In this document: positions 12,568-23,115 of the stretch, piece after piece | Layout: every line of letters begins with the position of its first letter | Position numbering within the stretch: position 1 is the first letter of the stretch | Assembly: GCA_963666735.1 (NCBI GenBank) | Contig: OY762926.1 | Coordinates: forward strand, 1,901,447 to 1,965,446 | Length of the DNA stretch: 64,000 nt | Reading direction: 5' to 3' | Origin: Gemmatimonadota bacterium | Lineage (GTDB): Bacteria > Gemmatimonadota > Gemmatimonadetes > Palauibacterales > Palauibacteraceae | Program-made: the position numbers and the translations under genes | The notes under the pieces: model-generated | Database searches by the model: none | Told to the model about the DNA's origin: nothing | The model's input: only the letters and a program-made list of their open reading frames with translations

Positions 12568-13722
12568 TCAGAGCCCCTCGATATCGAGCGCTACGATGGA
12601 GGATTCTTCGAAGCTGCCGGTGTGGAGGGTCCAGACCCTGCGCCCTCTCGCTTCCAGTAGTCGGTGATCTTCGGGAAGGCGGATCGAGCCGAGGAATTGT
12701 CCGGAGGAGAGAAATACGTCATGTATGGCTCCCGGGGCCCCGTGTGGGCCGGATGCACCGGGGGCGGGGCGGTCCCGCTGGACCCAGATCCGTCCATCCG
12801 CATCGACGAAGATCCGGGAGATGATCGCCGGTTCCGGGGGCTCGCCGATTTCGCGAAGGGCGGCCTGCCACGCCTCGGGCATTCGCTCATCCGCCTCGCC
12901 ACCCCGCTCGGCAGGCGAGAGCGGGAGGGCTTCAGCGGGATGACAGAACCGCACGCGCATTGTGTCATCCCGGTCGGAGACCGTCAGTTCGTACCGTCCA
13001 TCCGGGTGCGAGACGACCCAGGTCTCCGCGCCCACTCCCACCAATGACCGTGGCCATGCGGGCAGGATCGTACGCTCCAGGACTCTGGCGCCGGACCGGG
13101 TGACCGTATCGTTCACAGGACTGGCGGGAGACCAGCGGACGAAGGACCGCTCCTCCCAACCATCCTCGATGGGGCCGGGGAACTCCAGCCATACGGTGTG
13201 ATCCGGCTGTAGCGCCACGAACGTGACCTCGCCGGATGCGAATACCGGTGACAGGAACGCCGCATCCACCGCCGTGACGGTGGCCGAGCGAGAATCGAGA
13301 TCCAGTGTGGTCAGCCGAAACGCCCCGAAGTCCAGCACGAGGAGCGTGTTGGCATCTTCCCAGGTCACCGCGGCGGGTGCCTGGACCTCACCGGGGCCTT
13401 CACCGCGGGTCATGACCGGCCCCAGCCAATCTCCATCGGGGTTGAGCAGAATGACTTCGGCGAGGCCCCAGTCCGCGATGGCCACCGATCCGTCCGGGCT
13501 TACGGCGACGTCAGCCGGGAAGATCAGTTCTTCCGCTTCCTCGGAGCCTCCGACACGCCACACTTCACGCCAGGAGAGCTCCGCCGGCCACTCGCCGACG
13601 CGCGTGTTCCTTACAACCCGACCATCGGTGTCGGTGACCTCGCACGCGGTGGATGCGGGTCGGTCACAAGCGGCGATGGTCGCGGCCAGCAGCAACGTCA
13701 CAGTCCGGGATCGCAGGGCCAT
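12568..13722 (-). CDS. Beta-propeller lipoprotein (family G)
   Basis: Lipobox TIAAC, TRGEGPGEV blade motif, IFVDADGRIWVQR, HDVF...GQFLGSIRLP. Confidence 0.78.
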   Translation of the reverse strand: MALRSRTVTLLLAATIAACDRPASTACEVTDTDGRVVRNTRVGEWPAELSWREVWRVGGSEEAEELIFPADVAVSPDGSVAIADWGLAEVILLNPDGDWLGPVMTRGEGPGEVQAPAAVTWEDANTLLVLDFGAFRLTTLDLDSRSATVTAVDAAFLSPVFASGEVTFVALQPDHTVWLEFPGPIEDGWEERSFVRWSPASPVNDTVTRSGARVLERTILPAWPRSLVGVGAETWVVSHPDGRYELTVSDRDDTMRVRFCHPAEALPLSPAERGGEADERMPEAWQAALREIGEPPEPAIISRIFVDADGRIWVQRDRPAPGASGPHGAPGAIHDVFLSSGQFLGSIRLPEDHRLLEARGRRVWTLHTGSFEESSIVALDIEGL

Positions 13723-13754
13723 GTGGTGACACTGACCGGCCGACGGGCTCACGG

Positions 13755-14894
13755 TCAACCGGGATCCTCCTCCCGAAAGCTGAGCTTTGCGATGCGCCAG
13801 GGCGGGAAACGGGTGTCCTGAAGGACATAAAGATGCCTCCCCCCGCCCAGGACCCGTGAGTTTTCCGGTAGGGGCACGTCCTCGTACAGTTTGCGGCCGG
13901 TGTCACGGTCGTAGATGTCGAGGGAAGCATGATACGCGCCGAAGGCCCCCCCGGATCTCGGGGAACGGAAACGGCCGTGTACTACTGCGAGATAGGAACC
14001 AACCACAGCGATGTGCGAGATCGTGCTGCGCCCCCCAAGCAACTCTGGTATTTGGGTGCCGTACCCGCCGGGCCCGAACGCACCGGACTCGAACACGGGA
14101 ACCGGCTCGAACGTCGGGGGTGGAACACCGAATTCACCGATCGAATCGCCTGTCGCGTTCAGGATCGCGACAGGATAGCGGAGAGAGAATGCCATGTAGA
14201 TGGAGTCGCCCGCCACGTCGAACGAGAAGCGTGCGATCGAATTCCAGTAGGGTCTCTCCGCAGGAAGAAACGGCCACGTGTACGAACTCCACACCACCTC
14301 GTTCTCCCTGAGGCGATGCAGCATCAGGGGGCGACGATGGAAACGCGAGAGGTCGTCAGCCCCACCCGATACGCCGCCGAGTCTCATATCCAACAGGAGG
14401 TCGTCGCCGATGGCCTTCGCACGCCAGGGAATCCCGGGTAACGAAACCGTGGTGTCCGCCAGCAGCTCACCGGTCAACCAAGTCAATCGGGTCTGACGGC
14501 TATCGAGCACGGCGACCCGGCCCGAGCCTGTTTCCGCCAAGCCATCGATGCCCTGGAACTCGAAGGGGCCCACTCCGAATCGTCCGAAAGCTGCCTCGAG
14601 CCGACCGTGCTCGTCGTAGCTCCGGACCTTGGGGAGCTGCCCGTCACTCAAGAGGAAGCCCCTGTTAGCACGCTCCTGAAAAATGCCAGGCACGGCGATC
14701 GAGTCCTCCGGACTCTCTTCCAGCACGATGACCGTGTCGGTATCGAACGCAACGTCCAGTGCGATCCCGGCTAATGGTTCCGCAGGATCGGGCGCGATGT
14801 CGCATGCTACAATAGCCAGCACCGTCACGAACGGGGCGGTAGAAACCCGCCACCGCCGCCGCCTGAGACCCGTCAAGATCCTATTGAATGACAA
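13755..14894 (-). CDS. Beta-propeller lipoprotein, family F copy 1 (start 14894 or 14876)
   Basis: Lipobox AIVAC, FGRFGVGPFEF; close paralog of 28769-29863. Confidence 0.78.
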   Translation of the reverse strand: MSFNRILTGLRRRRWRVSTAPFVTVLAIVACDIAPDPAEPLAGIALDVAFDTDTVIVLEESPEDSIAVPGIFQERANRGFLLSDGQLPKVRSYDEHGRLEAAFGRFGVGPFEFQGIDGLAETGSGRVAVLDSRQTRLTWLTGELLADTTVSLPGIPWRAKAIGDDLLLDMRLGGVSGGADDLSRFHRRPLMLHRLRENEVVWSSYTWPFLPAERPYWNSIARFSFDVAGDSIYMAFSLRYPVAILNATGDSIGEFGVPPPTFEPVPVFESGAFGPGGYGTQIPELLGGRSTISHIAVVGSYLAVVHGRFRSPRSGGAFGAYHASLDIYDRDTGRKLYEDVPLPENSRVLGGGRHLYVLQDTRFPPWRIAKLSFREEDPG

Positions 14895-14995
14895 TGACGT
14901 AGCGCCATCGGACGCACGGTCTTGGATGCGATTCCGAAGGTAAAGAGCACCGCCAGCACGGTGGCGATACGGGTCAATTGTGCGAACCGGTCCAT
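14873..14995 (-). pseudogene. Family E peptide gene lacking its Cys-rich core
   Basis: AGGAGG RBS; MDRFAQLTRIATVLAVLFTFGIASKTVRPMAL matches the E leader; an out-of-frame VIVIQ* tail follows. Confidence 0.7.
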
Positions 14996-15007
14996 TTTCT
15001 CCCTCCT

Positions 15008-15500
15008 TTAGGGATTCACGAGTTGACTACGAATGAGGCCGGTCGTGAGAGTTCCACGCAGAACGCCCACCTGAGCCTCGAAGTTCCAACCACAATCGGA
15101 GGCGGCGTTTCTGGAATCGGCCATCAATACGACTCCGGTGCGATCGACGAGAAGCTTCGTGCTCGGGAGAAGTGGCCCGAGGGCGGCCTCCAGGTCTTGT
15201 CGCGATGCGGCGGTGAACGTCGTGCCACGCAACGCCCGTCGCGCATCCTGAGACACGTCGTCGTCACCAACCACCACGACATGGCGCTTCAACGCGTATC
15301 GTCCCCAAGAGCATTCCATACGGCCGACCTGCCACTCAAGCAGGTTCGGCACCGTGCGACATCAACGATCCAAACCAGGTGTGCCTCCGCAGGATCCGGT
15401 TCTTCGAGTCCGAGCCACGACAGGGACGCCGAGGTGCCGACCAGACGGTCCCGGACGTTCGTCCGCCACCGTGCCTCCACGGGCTCGGCCGGTGCCACCG
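15008..15500 (-). pseudogene. Family D CxxC protein, frameshifted and 5'-truncated
   Basis: Two frames (15289-15498 and 15008-15352) together align to 30162-30758; shift near 15295. Confidence 0.8.
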
Positions 15501-15519
15501 TCGCCAGAATGGCGATGGC

Positions 15520-15760
15520 GAAGCAACGAACCCGAATGGCGCCTCGACAGCGACATATCGCACGAATCAGCTCTGCTCGTCGAACCAGAGGAGAATGCGG
15601 TCGTCAGTGCCGCGATTTGCCAGCGTCCCGACGTAGCCGGATCCGATCGAGACGACGGAAGTTACGCTCCAGATCGCCCGACTCGCACGCAAAGCATCGG
15701 CGATGTTCCGCCGAACCAGTCGGCCGACACACGCTCGAACTCCAGGGGCACCCAGTCGCG
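15520..15760 (-). pseudogene. Internal remnant of a family A gene fused to the D remnant
   Basis: DWVPLEFERVSADWF / IWSVTSVVSIGSGYVGTLANRGTDDRILLWFDEQS*FVRYVAVEAPFGFVA, with a frameshift and a stop. Confidence 0.75.
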
Positions 15761-15998
15761 GCCCGCTTTCTCCTCATCCGTACCATCTCACCTGATCGCA
15801 GGCCAGACGACGTGGTGCGCTAGGTGTAGATGCCACGATGGTTGTTCACCGGATCGACGAGTAAAATGAGAGTTCCCGTCAGAGAGCTCACACCCTACTC
15901 GTCGGAGGATCCGGTGAACGTGCACAAGAATGCGAAGTTTGGAGTTACCCCGATTTGGTGGACACCTTTGAGCGTTGGTCACAACGAGGAGGTGTCGC

Positions 15999-16307
15999 AT
16001 GTCGGGACGGAGATACGCGCCGGAGTACAAGGCGCGGATGGTGGAACTGGTCCGTGCGGGACGGAGCGCGGACCGGCTGGCTCGCGAGTTCGAGCCCTCG
16101 GCGACGGCGATCCGGCGCTGGGTGGAGCGGGCCGACCTGGACGAGGGGCGTCGCACCGACGGTCTGACGACGGTCGAGCGCAAGGAAGTCCGGGAACTGA
16201 AGCGCGAGCTTCGCCGGGTGAAGATCGAGCGCGACATATTGGCAAAAGCCACGGCCTGGTTCGCCAAGGAGAGCGGATCGATCCCCCGGGGGGGTTCCGG
16301 TTCGTGA
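15999..16307 (+). CDS. IS3 transposase OrfA
   Basis: MSGRRYAPEYKARMVELVR HTH; ERDILAKATAWFA. Confidence 0.85.
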   Translation: MSGRRYAPEYKARMVELVRAGRSADRLAREFEPSATAIRRWVERADLDEGRRTDGLTTVERKEVRELKRELRRVKIERDILAKATAWFAKESGSIPRGGSGS

Positions 16308-17155
16308 GCGATCACCAGGCCATGTATCCCGTGCGCGTGATGTGCCGCCTGCTGGGTCTCTCCCCGAGCGGGTACTATGCGTGGCGGACGCGGGAGCCGT
16401 CTCGGCGGGCGCGGGAGAACGAGGCGCTCAGTGCGGAGATCGTCGAGATCCACGCCATGAGCGGGGGGACGTACGGGGCGCCGCGGGTCCATGCGGAACT
16501 CAAGGCGCGGGGCCGCGAGGCGGGTGTGGGCCGGGTGGCGCGGCTGATGCGGGCGGCGGAGATCGAAGGGGTGAGCCGGCGCCGCAAGGGCAGTACGACG
16601 AAGCGGGCCGCGAAGTCCAGGCCCGCGCCGGATCTCGTGGACCGAGACTTCTCGGCCTCCGGACCCGACGAACTCTGGGTGGCCGACATCACGTACGTGC
16701 CGACCTGGGCGGGCTTCCTCTATCTGGCCGTCGTGCTCGACGCCTGGAGCCGCCGCATCGTGGGCTGGTCGATGGCGACGCACCTGAGGACGTCCCTGGT
16801 GCTGGATGCCTTCGACATGGCGCTGGCGCAGCGGCGCCCCGACGGGGTGATCCACCACAGCGACCAAGGCAGCCAGTACACGTCCTACGCCTTCGGCGGG
16901 CGCTGCCGGAGGGCCGGGGTCAGGCCCTCGATGGGCTCGGTGGGCGACGCTTACGACAACGCCATGTGCGAGTCGTTCTTCGCCACGCTGGAGTGCGAAC
17001 TGATCTGGCGGCGCTCGTTCCGGACGCCCGGCGAGGCCCGCCGGGGGGTGTTCCGGTTCATCGAGGGCTGGTACAACCCGCGCCGGCGGCACTCGAGCCT
17101 CGGCTACGAGTCGCCCGCCAGCTTCGAGGCGCGCGAGAAAGGAGAGGCGGCGTGA
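16304..17155 (+). CDS. IS3 transposase OrfB (DDE)
   Basis: rve-type DDE motifs; GTGA overlap with orfA and a G7 run at 16288-16294. Confidence 0.85.
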   Translation: MSDHQAMYPVRVMCRLLGLSPSGYYAWRTREPSRRARENEALSAEIVEIHAMSGGTYGAPRVHAELKARGREAGVGRVARLMRAAEIEGVSRRRKGSTTKRAAKSRPAPDLVDRDFSASGPDELWVADITYVPTWAGFLYLAVVLDAWSRRIVGWSMATHLRTSLVLDAFDMALAQRRPDGVIHHSDQGSQYTSYAFGGRCRRAGVRPSMGSVGDAYDNAMCESFFATLECELIWRRSFRTPGEARRGVFRFIEGWYNPRRRHSSLGYESPASFEAREKGEAA

Positions 17156-18166
17156 CCCCCCGGGCCGCGGCCCTCTCCCGCGAGGTGGCGAGAATGGAGG
17201 AAACCACCACTTTCACCTGTCCACTAAAACGGGGTAAGCCCAGTTGACGCCCGCGGGGCGAGCGGTGCTGGTGAAGCGGGTGCTGGCCGGGGAGCCGGTC
17301 GAGGTGGCGACGCGGGAGATGGGGGTGAGCCGCCGGACGGGGTTCAAGTGGCTCAAGCGGTTCCGGGAGGAGGGAGAGGAAGGGCTTCTGGACCGTAGTT
17401 CGAGGCCGCACCATCACCCGCGCCGGATCCCTCGGCAACGGCGCCGCCGGATCGAGCGGTTGAGGCGGGAGCGCTGGAGCTGTCCGCGGATCGCCGATCA
17501 GTTGAACATGCCGGTCTCTACGGTGACGCTGGAGGTGAGGCGGCTGGGTCTGAGCCGGTTGGAGAAGCTGGCGCCTCCGGAGCCGGTGGTGCGCTACGAA
17601 CGGTCGCGGCCGGGGTCTCCGGTGCACATGGACATCAAGAAGCTCGCGCGGATCGTACGGCCCGGACACCGGATCGACGGGGACCGGAGCAAGAGGGTCC
17701 GGGGCGCGGGGTGGGAGTACTACCACGCGGCGGTCGACGACGCGTCGCGGGTCGCCTGCGGAGATGTGCTGCCCGGCGAGCGGAAGGAGGACGCGGTGGC
17801 GTTCCTGTTGCGGGTGGTCGCCTTCTTCGGGAGCCAGGGGGTGAAGATCAGCCAGCTCATGACCGACAACGGGGGCTGCTACCGGTCGAAACGGTTCCGG
17901 CGGGTGCTCCGGGAACTCGGGATCAAGCACATCTTCACCCGTCCCTACACGCCCAGGACCAACGGGAAGGTGGAGCGCTTCATCCGCACCTCGCTCGCGG
18001 AGTGGGCCTACGACCGGTCCTATCCCCACTCGCGCGTGCGGACGGAAGTCCTCCGCATCTGGCTCCGCTACTACTACCTGAGGCGACGACACACCGCCAT
18101 CGGACGCCTCACACCCATGCAAAGACTCGTCGAGCTAAGGGTCACCAACGTCCTTGGCATCTACAG

Positions 18167-19351
18167 CTAGGGCTCGATGTCGTAGCGCACCACGTACGGG
18201 ATGTCGAGCGCGTCCTTCTCCACGACCCAGACCTCGGCCCGGTTTGCCGCCGACACGCGCGAGGTCGTGGGAAGCTGCACCCGGCCAATACTCGCTCCTA
18301 CGGCATCCAGCACGAGCCAGTCGCGCTCGCCGTCTTCGTCCGGCCCAGCCAACCAGATCGTACCGCGGCTCCCAATGCGAACGGTGGTAACCGGCGGAAA
18401 ATACCGGCGTTGTTCATAGAATTCGCGGAGGGCCCTAGCATGAGCTCGATGATCGGTAACGCCCGGCCAATCTAGCTGCTCACGTATCTCGTCAGCAAAA
18501 AAACCCTCTGGGACCGGACGAGGCTCGTACTCGACGCGACGTCGAAACAGCGTGTCACCCAGAACGCCGATTCTCGTCACCTCGAACTCCGCGCGGCCCG
18601 AACCCGCCCAACTCCTGCGCTTGACCCAGACCGCGCCGGACCCGTCGGGTGAGAAGGCTATCAGGTCGTCTTCCGGCAGCGAATGCGTCAGATACACTCC
18701 CGCGTCGGGCGCAAGTCCAGCCTTGATCTCGACGGGTCCACCTCCGAGGGAAAGTAGAGCCAACGTGTCGCGCAGCGAGCCCGTGGGGTCGGAAACGAGC
18801 AGCGGCAGGTTCGAGATACCCCCCCGTGCGGTGGCTCGGAGAGCTGAGAAGGTCCGGGATCCGACCAGTCGACCGTTAGCAAGGATGGCTCTCGGCACGA
18901 CGCTCAAGAAGTAGTACGACAACGGAGGATCCACGTCATATGGGACCGTCTCGGCCTCACCGCTCAAAACATCGAAGAGCGTGAAGCGCCTCAAGCTCGG
19001 ATCAGCGACCCACACCCGCGATCCATGCCAGCCCATTGACGACGGAGTCATCAACTCTGCCGGGCCCTCGCCTCGGCTGCCAAGATCACGAACAAACTCC
19101 CCGGTCCGTTTAAAGACCCTGACTGTCCCCTCTTGGGCCAGCAACACGTACACGTAGTCGGTGTCCGTCAGAACGTCGCGCACTTCTGACAAACCGTAGA
19201 TCGGGTCGTCCGCGCTCCCGATCGAAGCAACCCGTTGAAGGGACCATTCCGGCGTCTGGCCCAGAATCGGGCCAGACGCCCATTGGATCACGCACGCGAG
19301 CACGAGCCCCGGCAGCCCACGGTCGATGAATCCTCTATACGTTTGAAGCAT
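18167..19351 (-). CDS. Secreted beta-propeller protein, family C copy 2
   Basis: Signal peptide, LGSRGEGPAEL, DALDIPYVVRYDIEP; the stop codon lies within the IS481 target duplication. Confidence 0.8.
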   Translation of the reverse strand: MLQTYRGFIDRGLPGLVLACVIQWASGPILGQTPEWSLQRVASIGSADDPIYGLSEVRDVLTDTDYVYVLLAQEGTVRVFKRTGEFVRDLGSRGEGPAELMTPSSMGWHGSRVWVADPSLRRFTLFDVLSGEAETVPYDVDPPLSYYFLSVVPRAILANGRLVGSRTFSALRATARGGISNLPLLVSDPTGSLRDTLALLSLGGGPVEIKAGLAPDAGVYLTHSLPEDDLIAFSPDGSGAVWVKRRSWAGSGRAEFEVTRIGVLGDTLFRRRVEYEPRPVPEGFFADEIREQLDWPGVTDHRAHARALREFYEQRRYFPPVTTVRIGSRGTIWLAGPDEDGERDWLVLDAVGASIGRVQLPTTSRVSAANRAEVWVVEKDALDIPYVVRYDIEP

Positions 19352-19371
19352 TGCCGTTCCCTCCCTACCGC

Positions 19372-19833
19372 CTACAATTGCAGCTTCGCGGTCTCGCTTC
19401 GTATCCCACTCACTTTGGCTGGCGCATACCATTTCGTGACGATCCCTCCATCACACGATCGCTTGATCTCGCTCGCCTGTCGGGGGAACGCGATGGGATT
19501 GGCCGATCCGCGCGCCACGCTGGCCGCTTGTGGTTCAGTTGAGGTTGCCTCGAACTGTTCCATCGGCACGGCGGGTGCCGCGCGCCCGTCTAGCATCACC
19601 GTAACTACACAGCGTGGCCCTCCGACGCGACAGGTAGTGCATCTTGGTGTGGCACAGTACTCGGCGCCGAGCCCTTGTTGGCCTGCCACGCAGTGGGCGC
19701 ACTTATTACCGTTCTCATCAGAAAGTGCACCGTACTGACAATCCCAGCACTGTGCGCTCACGGGTTCGACCGACACCGCCCCGGCCAAGACGGCAAGACT
19801 GAGGCTCAGCATGAGAATTCGTGCGAGTCTCAT
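19372..19833 (-). CDS. Secreted Cys-rich protein, family B copy 2
   Basis: MRLARILMLSLSLAVLAG...VSA-QCWDC...CAHC...CATPRCTTC...C, MLDGR, RSCDGGI. Confidence 0.8.
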   Translation of the reverse strand: MRLARILMLSLSLAVLAGAVSVEPVSAQCWDCQYGALSDENGNKCAHCVAGQQGLGAEYCATPRCTTCRVGGPRCVVTVMLDGRAAPAVPMEQFEATSTEPQAASVARGSANPIAFPRQASEIKRSCDGGIVTKWYAPAKVSGIRSETAKLQL

Positions 19834-19990
19834 CGTCTCTCTCCTTTGTTTCGGTTGGAATCTCGGACGCTTGCCCAAGATACTTCACGAGTTCACTGGC
19901 ATTCGGCGTTCGCATTGCGAGTGCGGCGCGTGCCTCCGTGGCGCTGCCGACAAACCCGAAGGGTGCTTCGACCCTGGTGTCCTCAGGTGG
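19830..19990 (-). pseudogene. 3' remnant of a family A gene
   Basis: TRVEAPFGFVGS...LAMRTPNASELVKY, then a frameshift; it still supplies the RBS for B copy 2. Confidence 0.7.
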
Positions 19991-20159
19991 AGATGTCCCG
20001 CTTTCACGGACGGTTGATTTCTGCGGTTGATCACCTCCGGTTCTGCTCCCTTCGGTCTCTCTCGGACGCGGGAGAGAGGCTCCGGGTGCGCGCCCGCGGT
20101 GCGCCTCGGGGGGACACGCGGAGTGTGGCCACGGGGGAGGGGAAAGCCGACGTGGCTCC

Positions 20160-21332
20160 TCACCGCACAATTTCGTAGCGCACTAGGTACGGGATGTCGA
20201 GTGCATCCGACTCCACCACCCAGCAATCGGTCTTGCCGGCAAATGCCACATGTGACGACGCGGGCAGCTGCAATCTTCCAACCGTCGCTCCGGCACCATC
20301 GAGGACAAGCCAAATCCGCTCGCCAGCTACTTCCGGTCCCGCCAGCCATGTCGTTCCGTCGCTTCCCGCCGAGACCCGCGTCACGGGCGGAAAATACTCC
20401 CGCATTCGAAAGAACTCGCGCAAAGCCGCTTCGTACGCCCGTCGATTAACGACGTGAGGGCTGTTCGCGGATTCAGCTATGGTCTCGTCGAAGAAGTCAT
20501 CCGGCACCCGATGGGGCTCGTAACCAACGCGACGTCGGAAGATCGTGTCACCGCGAACTTGAACTTTGGTGACCTCGAATTCGGCCGGCTCATCGCCATC
20601 CCAACTCGTCCGGTCCACAATCACTGCATGGGAACCGTCCGGCGCTATCGCGATCAGCCCGTCCTCCGGAAGTGGGCTGAGTCTGTATTCCATGTTAGAT
20701 CCAAGGCCATCGGTGATCTCGCCCGTCTGCCGGTCGATCGCAAGTACGGCCAAGGTGTCGTGTAGGGCCCCATCCGCGTCCGTAACGACGACCACCCGGT
20801 CCGTAACGATCCCGCGAGCCTCAGCCCTCGCGGAGAACTGTGGATACCCAGCTAACCGTCCGTCATCGAGTACGGCCCGGGGTACCATCCCGCGGACCGT
20901 GTATGACTCTTTGACCGGCGCGTGATACGGAACCGTTTCCGCGTCACCCGTCGTGACATCGAAGAACGTGAACCTCATCAACCGATAATCGGCCACCCAC
21001 AACCGCGACCCGTGCCAGCCCATCCATGTAGGGTGCAGCAACTCGCCGGGTCCCCGTCCCTTGCGACCGAGCGCGCGAACGAAGGTACCGTCGCGCGAAA
21101 AAACACGGATCTGTCCGTCCTGCGGCTGAAGGACATAAACTTGATTCGCGTCCGCCAGCACTCCCCCAACCGGTGTGAGCCCGTAGGGGGGGTCGTCAGC
21201 GCTCCCGAGCTTTAGGTCGAGCCGCAGAGTCCACTCCGGCACCTGGCCCGCCGCCGAACCAGACGCGGACAAGGCACCGCAGACCAAAGCGGGCACCAGT
21301 ATGGACACACGCCACTGGCCAATTCGCAACAT
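20160..21332 (-). CDS. Secreted beta-propeller protein, family C copy 3
   Basis: Signal peptide, LGRKGRGPGEL, DALDIPYLVRYEIVR. Confidence 0.8.
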   Translation of the reverse strand: MLRIGQWRVSILVPALVCGALSASGSAAGQVPEWTLRLDLKLGSADDPPYGLTPVGGVLADANQVYVLQPQDGQIRVFSRDGTFVRALGRKGRGPGELLHPTWMGWHGSRLWVADYRLMRFTFFDVTTGDAETVPYHAPVKESYTVRGMVPRAVLDDGRLAGYPQFSARAEARGIVTDRVVVVTDADGALHDTLAVLAIDRQTGEITDGLGSNMEYRLSPLPEDGLIAIAPDGSHAVIVDRTSWDGDEPAEFEVTKVQVRGDTIFRRRVGYEPHRVPDDFFDETIAESANSPHVVNRRAYEAALREFFRMREYFPPVTRVSAGSDGTTWLAGPEVAGERIWLVLDGAGATVGRLQLPASSHVAFAGKTDCWVVESDALDIPYLVRYEIVR

Positions 21333-21338
21333 TCCCCC

Positions 21339-23115
21339 CTATAACCGCAGTTGCGCGGTCGCAGTCCGAACCGCACTCACCTCGTCGGCAGAATACGGCG
21401 TCGAGATGATGCCCCCGTCGCACGATCGCCTCGTCTCCGGCCACTCTGGTGTACCCGTGGCTCCTCCGTCTATCGCGACCACGAGCGCACCGCTTGCTCC
21501 CGCCGACCACTTCGTCGCTGGCGACTCAAGGGGCTCCGGGGGTGAGACTGGGCTTACCCCGTTTTAGTGGACAGGTGAAAGTGGTGGTTTCCTCCATTCT
21601 CGCCACCTCGCGGGAGAGGGCCGCGGCCCGGGGGGTCACGCCGCCTCTCCTTTCTCGCGCGCCTCGAAGCTGGCGGGCGACTCGTAGCCGAGGCTCGAGT
21701 GCCGCCGGCGCGGGTTGTACCAGCCCTCGATGAACCGGAACACCCCCCGGCGGGCCTCGCCGGGCGTCCGGAACGAGCGCCGCCAGATCAGTTCGCACTC
21801 CAGCGTGGCGAAGAACGACTCGCACATGGCGTTGTCGTAAGCGTCGCCCACCGAGCCCATCGAGGGCCTGACCCCGGCCCTCCGGCAGCGCCCGCCGAAG
21901 GCGTAGGACGTGTACTGGCTGCCTTGGTCGCTGTGGTGGATCACCCCGTCGGGGCGCCGCTGCGCCAGCGCCATGTCGAAGGCATCCAGCACCAGGGACG
22001 TCCTCAGGTGCGTCGCCATCGACCAGCCCACGATGCGGCGGCTCCAGGCGTCGAGCACGACGGCCAGATAGAGGAAGCCCGCCCAGGTCGGCACGTACGT
22101 GATGTCGGCCACCCAGAGTTCGTCGGGTCCGGAGGCCGAGAAGTCTCGGTCCACGAGATCCGGCGCGGGCCTGGACTTCGCGGCCCGCTTCGTCGTACTG
22201 CCCTTGCGGCGCCGGCTCACCCCTTCGATCTCCGCCGCCCGCATCAGCCGCGCCACCCGGCCCACACCCGCCTCGCGGCCCCGCGCCTTGAGTTCCGCAT
22301 GGACCCGCGGCGCCCCGTACGTCCCCCCGCTCATGGCGTGGATCTCGACGATCTCCGCACTGAGCGCCTCGTTCTCCCGCGCCCGCCGAGACGGCTCCCG
22401 CGTCCGCCACGCATAGTACCCGCTCGGGGAGAGACCCAGCAGGCGGCACATCACGCGCACGGGATACATGGCCTGGTGATCGCTCACGAACCGGAACCCC
22501 CCCGGGGGATCGATCCGCTCTCCTTGGCGAACCAGGCCGTGGCTTTTGCCAATATGTCGCGCTCGATCTTCACCCGGCGAAGCTCGCGCTTCAGTTCCCG
22601 GACTTCCTTGCGCTCGACCGTCGTCAGACCGTCGGTGCGACGCCCCTCGTCCAGGTCGGCCCGCTCCACCCAGCGCCGGATCGCCGTCGCCGAGGGCTCG
22701 AACTCGCGAGCCAGCCGGTCCGCGCTCCGTCCCGCACGGACCAGTTCCACCATCCGCGCCTTGTACTCCGGCGCGTATCTCCGTCCCGACATGTGACACC
22801 TCCTCGTTGTGACCAACGCTCAAAGGTGTCCACCAAATCGGGGTAACTCCAGACACGTCCGTCGAGCATCACGCCACCCAGTACCTTGCAGAATCCTCCA
22901 CCCAGGGTGCAGCGCGTGCACTCCGGGGTCGTACATTCGAGAGCTCCGAGTCCCCAATCGTCCGCTTCGCAGAAAACGCACCTGCGGCCGGGATCGGAGA
23001 TCGGGCCGGGACCGGGTATGCAGTCCCAGCACTGTGCAACCGCGGGTTCCGCGGACGCGATCCCGGCAAGAATGGCAAAGCCGAGGCCCAGCATGAGGAT
23101 TCGTGTGCGTTTCAT
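21339..23115 (-). pseudogene. Secreted Cys-rich protein, family B copy 3, interrupted by IS3
   Basis: Removing the IS and one GAC restores ...VMLDGRVSPPEPLE...RRSCDGGIISTPYSADEVSAVRTATAQLRL*. Confidence 0.85.
21549..22851 (-). mobile_element. IS3-family element, copy 2 (inverted, nearly identical to copy 1)
   Basis: Same ends and ORFs as 15940-17242; 3-bp duplication GAC (21546-21548, 22852-22854). Confidence 0.95.

Larger units (their letters stand above)
15940..17242 (+). mobile_element. IS3-family element, copy 1
   Basis: TGGAGTTACCCCG...CGGGGTAAGCCCA ends, 3-bp duplication GTT, orfA plus orfB with WVADITY, HHSDQGSQY, DNAMCESFF. Confidence 0.95.
15825..18165 (+). mobile_element. IS481-family element; transposase (15914-18170) interrupted by a nested IS3
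   Basis: TGTAGATGCCA...TGGCATCTACA terminal IRs; 6-bp target duplication GCTAGG (15819-15824, 18166-18171); reconstructed N-terminus MNVHKNAKLTPAGR; RPYTPRTNGKVERF. Confidence 0.93.

Noticed and set aside
15940-22851. Composite transposon or inversion formed by the two inverted IS3 copies
   Set aside because: Each copy has its own intact target duplication (GTT; GAC) and both interrupted genes rejoin in frame, so these are independent insertions.
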